A stretch of 52,096 nt of DNA. It comes from a virus (lineage: Duplodnaviria; Caudoviricetes). Under the pieces are notes generated by a model, which was not told where the DNA came from, searched no databases, and saw only the letters and a program-made list of their open reading frames with translations. Positions within the stretch are counted from its first letter, which is position 1. Every line of letters starts with the position of its first letter. This document shows positions 1 through 6,731 of the stretch, in pieces. Location of the stretch: positions 1 to 52,096 of the IMG/VR virus record IMGVR_UViG_3300025168_000009. One strand, given 5' to 3'. A program made the position numbers and the translations under genes.

Positions 1-127
1 GATTTGATATTTTAGTTGAGATTTTAGTATTAATAATTAAATAAATGGAGATATAAATGATATACTTAGAAGATGTAAAAGATGAGGTGAATGCAATGTC
101 TGTAGTACCAGAGTTAGAAGTACAAGC
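1..127. repeat. Direct terminal overlap (copy 1), indicates a circular/complete assembly
   Basis: 1-127 is identical to 51970-52096; 127 nt matches a common assembler k-mer length. Confidence 0.95.
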
Positions 128-314
128 CATTGAAGCTACTGAAGCTATGGTAAATAAACGTAATAAGATCAATCGTGCTGAAGCTGACATCAAGATGGTG
201 ATGAAGTTATGTGTAGTACGTAAGTGGAAGGATCCAATGAATAGATTGCAACAGATGTTAGATAGATTAGGTGAAGCAAAGGCAGAGTTCCAAGTAAACC
301 TTTGGCGTTCGTAG
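57..314 (+). CDS. Hypothetical protein, first gene of the early arm
   Basis: 85-aa helical ORF with GGAG RBS. Confidence 0.75.
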   Translation: MIYLEDVKDEVNAMSVVPELEVQAIEATEAMVNKRNKINRAEADIKMVMKLCVVRKWKDPMNRLQQMLDRLGEAKAEFQVNLWRS

Positions 315-317
315 TAT

Positions 318-344
318 TATGGGGGCATTAACGTGTCCCCTATA
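318..344 (+). terminator. GC-rich hairpin after gene 1 (terminator or processing site)
   Basis: GGGGGCAT-TAAC-GTGTCCCC; no U-tract. Confidence 0.4.
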
Positions 345-529
345 GTATATACATTACCACCTACCATGCACGTGTGTATGAGATATATATACCAACTTAT
401 ACCAAACTATATATGTATAAGAATGACCTGATATGGTGGTCTATAACGGAGTAATGAGCCGTGTTGTATGTTTACAGAAGAGATAGTATATGGTCTGTAT
501 TATACTAGGCTACCTATCAAACAATCTAT

Positions 530-602
530 AGCGGTGGGGTAAAACGGTTTAAACACTTGGCTCATAACCAAGAGATAGCAGGTTCGACTCCTGTCACCGC
601 AA
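530..602 (+). tRNA. tRNA-Met(CAT), initiator-like, atypical
   Basis: Acceptor AGCGGTG/CACCGCA with 1:72 mismatch; anticodon arm CTTGG-CTCATAA-CCAAG; T arm GCAGG-TTCGACT-CCTGT; weak D arm; no encoded CCA. Confidence 0.88.
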
Positions 603-609
603 CAACAAT

Positions 610-752
610 TAAGATAGTCTTCGTATAGCTCTGTGATGAGAATACTAGTTCGACAACAGGTAAGTAACAATATAGATAGGTTAACATCTGCTGAACACTG
701 GAAGTTGTCTAATAATTATCACACACCCTGTTCAAGTCAGGGGACTGTCTTA
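610..752 (+). ncRNA. tRNA-like RNA module A with expanded central domain
   Basis: Closing stem TAAGATAGTC/GACTGTCTTA; D-like GTAT...ATAC; T arm CCCTG-TTCAAGT-CAGGG abutting the 3' strand. Confidence 0.6.
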
Positions 753-762
753 TAATACTAAC

Positions 763-856
763 GCAAGCTGTTTGGGGGATTTAATTCTCACTAACTCGAG
801 TAAAGTTGAGATGGCCTGTCCATTCTTAAAGTATGGTGCAAATCCATAGCTTGCTA
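763..856 (+). ncRNA. tRNA-like cloverleaf module B
   Basis: GCAAGC/GCTTGC; GGGA-TTTAAT-TCTC; TAACT-CGAGTAA-AGTTG; ATGG-CCTGT-CCAT; TATGG-TGCAAAT-CCATA. Confidence 0.6.
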
Positions 857-860
857 CCTT

Positions 861-973
861 TGATTAAAGTTTCATAATTCATTTGGAATTTGAGTAAAAC
901 AAATACTTACCTTTGGCATTGTAAACGCCTCCAAGCTAATCGGTGCATTGTAATTGTATTTAATCTTTAATCA
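861..973 (+). ncRNA. Cloverleaf module C
   Basis: TGATTAAAG/CTTTAATCA closing four hairpins, including TGAGTA-AAACAAA-TACTTA and GGTGCA-TTGTAAT-TGTATT. Confidence 0.5.
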
Positions 974-979
974 TATACA

Positions 980-1069
980 TTGAGAAAGTTACGGCTAAAA
1001 CCACCATTCGTTAACAGTTACGGCCTTTATGAATAACCATACCCTATGACTAAGCGTGGTCTTTCTCAA
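980..1069 (+). ncRNA. Structured RNA module D
   Basis: TTGAGAAAG/CTTTCTCAA closing stem, inner ACCAC/GTGGT, GTTACGGC present twice. Confidence 0.45.
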
Positions 1070-1073
1070 CAAC

Positions 1074-1164
1074 TAAGAGAGTAGTTTGAATTGGATATAA
1101 CAGGTGGATTCCATTAATTGTAGAGCTCAATGCCTGGTAGACAATGTTGAAGATTACTCTCTTA
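1074..1164 (+). ncRNA. Structured RNA module E
   Basis: 14-bp closing stem TAAGAGAGTAGTTT/AGATTACTCTCTTA (with G-U pairs), inner CAGG/CCTG and ATTG/CAAT. Confidence 0.5.
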
Positions 1165-1200
1165 CTAAATTTAACTAACTAACAATAAGGAGTAAAGATA

Positions 1201-2010
1201 ATGAAATCAATAAAATATAGAGAAAAAGTATTGACTGAAAAAGATATACCTAATTATATAAAAAACAAATACCCTCATCGTTCTGACAAGTTAGAATTAT
1301 GGGTCGCTATTATGAAAAACAAAATTGAATGGCGCAAAAACAATTTAGAAAAGGTTAAAAAGGCTAAAAAGAAACTTTATTGGTCTAATCCCGATAAATA
1401 TAGAGCTAAAACAAGACAATGGTCTAAGAATAATCCTGAAAAGAAAAAGTCTATAGATGCAGAATATAGAGCGAATAATAAAGAATCAATTGCAGAATAT
1501 ATGCATCAATACTGGGTTGAAAATCAAGAAGAATTAAAGATTTATTCCAAGGCATATAGAGAAGCTCCTGAAAATCAAGATAGAATAGCCGAAACAAGAA
1601 GAATAAATAATAAAAAATACTCTAAAGATGATAGATATGTTACTAAGCACAAAATACAATCACAATTATCTTCTATATGTGCAAAAGGTAAGAAATATGA
1701 AGGAACTAGATATGAAGATATTGATTTTAATAAATGTGTAGATGCGCTTTTAAAAGATGCATTAAATAAAGGATATAAAACTATCCAAGAAATAAAAAAG
1801 ACACATCATATTGATCATATAATCCCTGTCTATTATTATTCTTTTGACGAATTAGCTTTATCATATAGTCCATTAAATCTTAGATGGCTACCAGCATCAG
1901 AAAACTGTAGTAGAGGTAATAAAATCAGACCTGAAGATCTAGAGCTAATTAAGACACTACCGACAAGTATCTACCCAAAAGGGTTTGATATTAATGCCTA
2001 TCAAGTATAA
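1201..2010 (+). CDS. HNH endonuclease with basic helical-repeat N-terminus
   Basis: HHIDHIIP...NLRWLPASENCSRGNK HNH motif; AAGGAG RBS. Confidence 0.85.
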   Translation: MKSIKYREKVLTEKDIPNYIKNKYPHRSDKLELWVAIMKNKIEWRKNNLEKVKKAKKKLYWSNPDKYRAKTRQWSKNNPEKKKSIDAEYRANNKESIAEYMHQYWVENQEELKIYSKAYREAPENQDRIAETRRINNKKYSKDDRYVTKHKIQSQLSSICAKGKKYEGTRYEDIDFNKCVDALLKDALNKGYKTIQEIKKTHHIDHIIPVYYYSFDELALSYSPLNLRWLPASENCSRGNKIRPEDLELIKTLPTSIYPKGFDINAYQV

Positions 2011-2084
2011 TGACACTTAGGATTATTTTAGGGTACTATGATACTAAACCCTGATAGGTATAACTATAACAATAAGGAGCAATC

Positions 2085-2264
2085 ATGATAAAATCACTAA
2101 CACTACCATTAAGGTGGATAGCAAGTAAAGCAATAATTGTAGAAGAATGGTTATTTACAGAGGAGGAAAGAGCTCCAATGGGATTTATATATCTATTCTT
2201 TATGAATATAATGATATCTATAGCAATATGCATATCAATACTAATGTTAATAGGAGTAATGTAA
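2085..2264 (+). CDS. Small membrane protein (59 aa, not in ORF track)
   Basis: AAGGAG RBS; MIKSLTLPLRW...FIYLFFMNIMISIAICISILMLIGVM hydrophobic C-terminus; stop overlaps next ATG. Confidence 0.7.
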   Translation: MIKSLTLPLRWIASKAIIVEEWLFTEEERAPMGFIYLFFMNIMISIAICISILMLIGVM

Positions 2265-2380
2265 TGAAAGTAAATTGGGTAAAGGTAATAGTATTTGGTG
2301 TTTCAATATCAATGCTATTGTGGGCAGGCATACATTTATTAGATGTAATGTATAATTATATGTGGAATATTAATCAATAA
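2264..2380 (+). CDS. Small membrane protein (38 aa; start revised from 2147)
   Basis: TAGGAG RBS, TAATG coupling, one TM segment. Confidence 0.65.
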   Translation: MKVNWVKVIVFGVSISMLLWAGIHLLDVMYNYMWNINQ

Positions 2381-2393
2381 ACAAGGAGTAATA

Positions 2394-2879
2394 ATGAAAA
2401 ACATAGCAATAACAATAATAATATTAATGGTAGTCTGTTGTGATTCAGCTGAAGCTAAGTATGAATCAGTAACAATAGAGCCAGAAGTAACAACACCAGT
2501 AGAAATAGAGCTAGATGATATGGCGTTTGAAGATGCATTTGCAATACAGCACAAAGCTAAAGGAGAAGGCAGAACTTTTTGGTGGAATGGTAGTTTATAT
2601 ACTACTAACCTTTCTAGTACTGTAGACGAGTTTGTATTAATGCATGCTAATGATTCTAGTGATAAAATGCTTTGGGTATTAAATAATGATGATCCTGATG
2701 ATGATTGTTATTATAATAAAAGAGATGTTTGTGGAGTGTGTAATGGTCTTGGAAAAACCACATGGTGGCGTGATAGAGACGGAGATGGACTTGGAAATCA
2801 CAGAGAATCTATTAAATCATGTTATAACCCTAACGTAGATGAAGATAAGTTTTCTAGTGATCTTGGAATATTAAACTAA
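2394..2879 (+). CDS. Secreted or lipoprotein-like protein with Cys/Asp metal-binding-type motifs
   Basis: Signal peptide MKNIAITIIILMVVCC; FEDAF...FWWNGSLYTT; DVCGVCNG; WWRDRDGDGLGN. Confidence 0.75.
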   Translation: MKNIAITIIILMVVCCDSAEAKYESVTIEPEVTTPVEIELDDMAFEDAFAIQHKAKGEGRTFWWNGSLYTTNLSSTVDEFVLMHANDSSDKMLWVLNNDDPDDDCYYNKRDVCGVCNGLGKTTWWRDRDGDGLGNHRESIKSCYNPNVDEDKFSSDLGILN

Positions 2880-2894
2880 CAACAAGGAGAGTAA

Positions 2895-3164
2895 ATGAAA
2901 GCAAAGAAAAAAGCTACTAAAGTGGCTACAAAGAAGACAACTAAAGCAATCTATGGTAATTTAAACGAAATAGCAGTTGATATTAATACTGTATTACGTT
3001 CATTAATTACTAAAGATGGTAATTTTACATCGCAAGAGGCTAGTTCCATAAGTAAATTATATGGTAATCAGTTAACATTTGCCAAACTAAAGCTTGATAC
3101 AGCTAGAATGCATAGTACAAGCACAGTGGCTACAACCAAAGATGTGTTAACCATAGGCGAGTAA
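2895..3164 (+). CDS. Hypothetical protein with Lys-rich N-terminus
   Basis: AAGGAG RBS, 89 aa. Confidence 0.75.
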   Translation: MKAKKKATKVATKKTTKAIYGNLNEIAVDINTVLRSLITKDGNFTSQEASSISKLYGNQLTFAKLKLDTARMHSTSTVATTKDVLTIGE

Positions 3165-3176
3165 TTGTTAGTGCTC

Positions 3177-3220
3177 TTGGGGAGGGTTAGTTGCAATATT
3201 TTTGTAATAGCTCTCCCCAA
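3177..3220 (+). other. Long intergenic hairpin
   Basis: TTGGGGAGGGTTA/TAGCTCTCCCCAA plus inner TTGCAA/TTGTAA. Confidence 0.6.
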
Positions 3221-3241
3221 TTTGTTAAATATGGAGGTAAT

Positions 3242-3604
3242 ATGACTAAAAAATGCTTTAAATGTGGTGTTATTAAAGATATAACTATGTATTTTATAGA
3301 TAGAAATAGTAAATCAGGACGTAGAGGCGATTGTAAACCCTGCAATATCAAGTCAACTAATAAATGGCGTAAAGCAAATATAGGTAAAGTTCGTAAACGT
3401 GAACGTACATATAAAAAAAGTCCTGTGCAGAAATTAAGGTCTAAAAGATTGTCTGCAAAAAACCGTGATGACTTAAGTGATATGTATATTCGCAGTTTAA
3501 TAGTAAAAAAAGATAAAAATTTAAAATCTTCTGATGTAAGTGATGAATTAGTTGAATTATGGAGACTAAATCTAAAACTTAAAAGATTATTACGTAAAAA
3601 TTAA
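3242..3604 (+). CDS. Zinc-ribbon basic protein, resembles an HNH N-terminal domain without a nuclease motif; start revised
   Basis: GGAGG RBS before ATG 3242; CFKC...CKPC. Confidence 0.75.
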   Translation: MTKKCFKCGVIKDITMYFIDRNSKSGRRGDCKPCNIKSTNKWRKANIGKVRKRERTYKKSPVQKLRSKRLSAKNRDDLSDMYIRSLIVKKDKNLKSSDVSDELVELWRLNLKLKRLLRKN

Positions 3605-3607
3605 AAT

Positions 3608-3828
3608 TACTAATCATAACACCTCTATATTATATAAGTACTTACGATATGCTCTTTTTATCGAGAGTAATGGCTAGCTTTGCTTATTATAATATTAAGT
3701 GTAAAATCCCTGATTAGTATGGCTATTTAAATAATCAGCTCATTCGGATGTCCCGTTCTGATAATAGGTATAGCTACCTAAAAATAGCCGTTGCCATAGC
3801 TTACGCATTGTCTAGACTTGCTGTGGCA
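3608..3828 (+). ncRNA. Second cluster of three back-to-back structured RNA modules
   Basis: TACTAATCA/TGATTAGTA (3608-3719), GGCTATTT/AAATAGCC (3721-3789), TGCCATAGC/GCTGTGGCA (3792-3828). Confidence 0.5.
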
Positions 3829-3870
3829 TAAAATTAAAACCGACAACTAACAATAACAAGGAGATAAACA

Positions 3871-3999
3871 ATGATTCCACCAACATTAGATGAACTATGT
3901 ATTTCTGATAAAGTACAAGAAAACTACGCTAAATATGTAGCTATTAATGATATAATAGAAGAAATATATGAAGAGGATATTGTTGTAAAAAGTAAATAA
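3871..3999 (+). CDS. Small acidic protein (42 aa, not in ORF track)
   Basis: AAGGAG RBS; MIPPTLDELCISDKVQ... Confidence 0.65.
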   Translation: MIPPTLDELCISDKVQENYAKYVAINDIIEEIYEEDIVVKSK

Positions 4000-4020
4000 T
4001 TGGGGATTAGCCCTAAATGG

Positions 4021-4080
4021 AGGGGGAAAGTAATTGGGCTTGTGGAAACCATAGACACGTAAACAAGGTACTTTCCTCCT
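4021..4080 (+). other. Intergenic structured element
   Basis: AGGGGGAAAGTA/TACTTTCCTCCT with inner TGTGG-AAA-CCATA. Confidence 0.55.
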
Positions 4081-4104
4081 AAAATTCTAAAGAAAGGAAT
4101 AATA

Positions 4105-4404
4105 ATGTTAAAACCTAATCAAGTAAAAAGATTGTTACTTCACACTCAATCAACATTAGATAATGTAATAAAATTGTCAAGTCCTGATCAAAATCATATT
4201 ATCTATCGTCAGGGATATATACAAGCTTTAAAAACAGTATTAAACATGGATCCAGAAACAATAAACAATAAATCTATAGAAATAGAACGACCAATAAGTA
4301 ATTGCTGTGGATGGCCGCCTTTATCTGAAATTGATGATAATATAGGACATTGTTCTAAATGTAAAGATCATTGTGAATTTATAAAAGAGGAATCAGATAG
4401 ATAA
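4105..4404 (+). CDS. Hypothetical protein with C-terminal Zn finger
   Basis: SNCCG...CSKCKDHC. Confidence 0.75.
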   Translation: MLKPNQVKRLLLHTQSTLDNVIKLSSPDQNHIIYRQGYIQALKTVLNMDPETINNKSIEIERPISNCCGWPPLSEIDDNIGHCSKCKDHCEFIKEESDR

Positions 4405-4415
4405 AGGAAATACTC

Positions 4416-4589
4416 ATGGGTAAAATGAAAAGATTGTATGAAGAAAAAAATAGGTATGATAATAATAATTATGCTGAAGAAGAATTTTGGACACAATGTC
4501 GTCTAGAAGAAATGTTGGAAAAAGAAGGACAACTAACTGTAAAAGTAATTAAAAAAGGAGTAAAAAAATGTCAAAAGAAAAAAAAGTAA
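4416..4589 (+). CDS. Small hypothetical protein (57 aa)
   Basis: AAGGA RBS; MGKMKRLYEE...; fills the gap between genes. Confidence 0.55.
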   Translation: MGKMKRLYEEKNRYDNNNYAEEEFWTQCRLEEMLEKEGQLTVKVIKKGVKKCQKKKK

Positions 4590-4981
4590 GTTATGTAAAA
4601 TATCAACAAGGTGATGTTGTTATGATTAAATTAAATAAATCAGATTTTGACGAGCATTTAAGTCATCAATATGGTTTAAAGAATAATTCATATAAAGGTA
4701 CAGCTAATATACCTGCTGTACTGGCATTTGGAGAGGTAACTGGACACACTCATAGAGTTGAAATGAAAGATATGTTAGAAGAGGCAGGCGTAACATTGCA
4801 TATGAGTCATGGTAGAACTGCAGGTAAAGATGTTCCTGTAGCTTTTACAGTTGAGGAAGCAGATGTTACTTTAATACACGAAGAACATGATGATGTTGTA
4901 CTGCCTCCAGGCACGTATGTATTAAAAATTGTTCGTGAATTTAACCATATAACAAGGAGAGCTCAAAATGTCGCAGATTAA
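4568..4981 (+). CDS. Conserved His-rich small beta protein, typical partner of DUF6745
   Basis: YQQGDV...LAFGEVTGHTH...LIHEEH..VVLPPGTY...REF. Confidence 0.7.
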   Translation: MSKEKKVSYVKYQQGDVVMIKLNKSDFDEHLSHQYGLKNNSYKGTANIPAVLAFGEVTGHTHRVEMKDMLEEAGVTLHMSHGRTAGKDVPVAFTVEEADVTLIHEEHDDVVLPPGTYVLKIVREFNHITRRAQNVAD

Positions 4982-6098
4982 ATCTAATAAACTACATAAT
5001 GATAATATTAACTTTTCAAATTATAAAAACAAATATCTCAATAATAAAAAAATAGAATATCTTATTGAGCGTGGAAATGTAGGACAAATCGCTTTCTTTA
5101 AAGGTGAAACAGGAGACAGATACAGTATTTATGTATTTACAAAAAGAAGTAAGGATGTTGTAGAAGTATCTAAAATCTGGAACCAATATGGTCATGGTAC
5201 AGATGAAGGTGTTAGAATTGCTGTTATAAGAAAAGGTGTAATAGAATATAACTCTGGCGAGTTTAGAGCTCAATCTTGGGTTAGATATGAAACAGCAGAA
5301 AACATAAAGCAACTGTCAAGACAAGGAATATTTAATACAAATAGTCCTTTAAAAGTTAATTATGTAAGATCTGACTATGTTTTAAGAATACCTAAACATG
5401 ATATCAAGCTATGTCCTTGGGAAGGAATAAAAATAAACCTTAAAACAGGCAAAGTTGTTCAAAAAGCTCCAAAACATGCAATAAATAAACTAAATACTAT
5501 CATGAATCAAGATAAAGCTCAAAGAAAACGTAATTATATAGCTAATAAAGAAAATACAAACGCTCTTAAAAGATATCGAGATGCTGGTGGTGATACTGAA
5601 TTAGCTAGAGTTTGGAATCCTGATGAAGCTGCAATAGCTTTAAATATGTCAAAAATGGATTGGTCTAAAATTCCTATGGATGATGTATTTAGACATAGAA
5701 ATGCAACATTAAGAAGTAATATAATTGAACATTATGGTATGAATGCTATAATGGAAACATTAGATTATGATGTTGTTGATGTAAATACTATTGACAGTAG
5801 GTATTACAGGCTTTTAAATGTTCTAATTCCTGACTTTTCTGGAGCTTCAAGAGGTTTTAATGAACCAGAAGAATACAGAGGCTTATATCTAGAAATGATT
5901 AATCCTTCTACAGGAGAAAGTCATTTTGAGGGTGTAGCTAATGTTGGAAATAATAGTTGGGAGCATGGATTAAAAGAAGCTACTGTCTTAGCTGCTTTAG
6001 CTTGGAGAGATAATGATGCTAGTTCTCAAACAACTAACAATTGGAGCAGTGATAGGCCTGACAGTGAAACCTATGTTAAGCCAGTAATACTAAAATGA
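4968..6098 (+). CDS. DUF6745-like domain protein
   Basis: C-terminal RNATLRSNIIEHYG...EMINPSTG...AALAW pattern; overlaps the partner gene. Confidence 0.6.
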   Translation: MSQIKSNKLHNDNINFSNYKNKYLNNKKIEYLIERGNVGQIAFFKGETGDRYSIYVFTKRSKDVVEVSKIWNQYGHGTDEGVRIAVIRKGVIEYNSGEFRAQSWVRYETAENIKQLSRQGIFNTNSPLKVNYVRSDYVLRIPKHDIKLCPWEGIKINLKTGKVVQKAPKHAINKLNTIMNQDKAQRKRNYIANKENTNALKRYRDAGGDTELARVWNPDEAAIALNMSKMDWSKIPMDDVFRHRNATLRSNIIEHYGMNAIMETLDYDVVDVNTIDSRYYRLLNVLIPDFSGASRGFNEPEEYRGLYLEMINPSTGESHFEGVANVGNNSWEHGLKEATVLAALAWRDNDASSQTTNNWSSDRPDSETYVKPVILK

Positions 6099-6244
6099 GA
6101 AAATACAAAGTAGTACTCTCATATCCAATAGAAGTAAATGCAGAAGATGAAACTCATGTTAAAGAAATTCTTATGGGAAGTAAACATTTGCAAAATGCAG
6201 CTGACTTAGAAGTTATAATCACGGAGATCAAAGATGAAAAATGA
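6095..6244 (+). CDS. Small hypothetical protein (49 aa)
   Basis: ATGA coupling; MRKYKVVLSYPIEVNAEDE... Confidence 0.65.
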   Translation: MRKYKVVLSYPIEVNAEDETHVKEILMGSKHLQNAADLEVIITEIKDEK

Positions 6245-6458
6245 TGAAATAAGTAGAGATAAATTAACTATAACAGACCCAAAACCTAGTTCTTTTGGCA
6301 GATCTACTATAGCAGTTAGGCAAAAAGAATCTGTAACAATCGATACTAAAGAAAATACTGTTCAATTACATGATTTTCACTATAGTTTTGATGAAATTAT
6401 AGCTATTGCTGACCAATTAAGAGTTTTAATTGCAAAATCAGAACCTACTTTTAGTTAG
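6234..6458 (+). CDS. Hypothetical protein
   Basis: GGAG RBS, 74 aa. Confidence 0.7.
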   Translation: MKNDEISRDKLTITDPKPSSFGRSTIAVRQKESVTIDTKENTVQLHDFHYSFDEIIAIADQLRVLIAKSEPTFS

Positions 6459-6467
6459 TTGGAGGAT

Positions 6468-6516
6468 ATAAGGGAGATAAGTAAGCTTCAAGGTTGAAAA
6501 TCTCCCTTATTATTTA
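6468..6516 (+). terminator. Hairpin, probable terminator ending the earliest transcript
   Basis: ATAAGGGAGAT/ATCTCCCTTAT followed by a T-rich tract. Confidence 0.5.
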
Positions 6517-6517
6517 C

Positions 6518-6547
6518 TTGTATGTGTGATATTTATCACATTATATT
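6518..6547 (+). promoter_or_regulatory. Sigma70-type promoter with a CRP/FNR-family-like palindrome in its spacer
   Basis: TTGTAT-18-TATATT; TGTGA-TATTTA-TCACA at 6525-6540. Confidence 0.55.
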
Positions 6548-6552
6548 TTCCA

Positions 6553-6708
6553 ATGGTTAGCGAATCAAGTATAGAAGATACAGTTATTAAATCTTATTTA
6601 GAATTATATCTACGTTCATTAAACGAGTCACGTTCACATAAATTTATAACTATAATTAAAACAAGAATGCTTGAATTAATTAAACGTAAACAATTAAGAA
6701 ACCAATAA
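6553..6708 (+). CDS. Small hypothetical protein, probably leaderless (start revised)
   Basis: ATG begins 6 nt after the end of the -10 box; no SD. Confidence 0.55.
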   Translation: MVSESSIEDTVIKSYLELYLRSLNESRSHKFITIIKTRMLELIKRKQLRNQ

Positions 6709-6731
6709 GTTAAAATAAAAGGAGTAAATAT

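Noticed and set aside
1-127. Biological direct terminal repeat
   Set aside because: It is exactly 127 nt and cuts through gene 1, typical of an assembler k-mer overlap on a circular contig
980-1069. Pistol ribozyme (CTAAGCGT resemblance)
   Set aside because: No matching P1 loop pseudoknot or GU cleavage-site arrangement could be built
530-1164. CRISPR or TIGR-like repeat-spacer array
   Set aside because: The units share structure but no repeated primary sequence or constant period
2036-2554. Minus-strand ORFs 2036-2233 and 2339-2554, and the 2147 start
   Set aside because: They are shadows of SD-led + strand genes; 2085-2264 and 2264-2380 explain the region better
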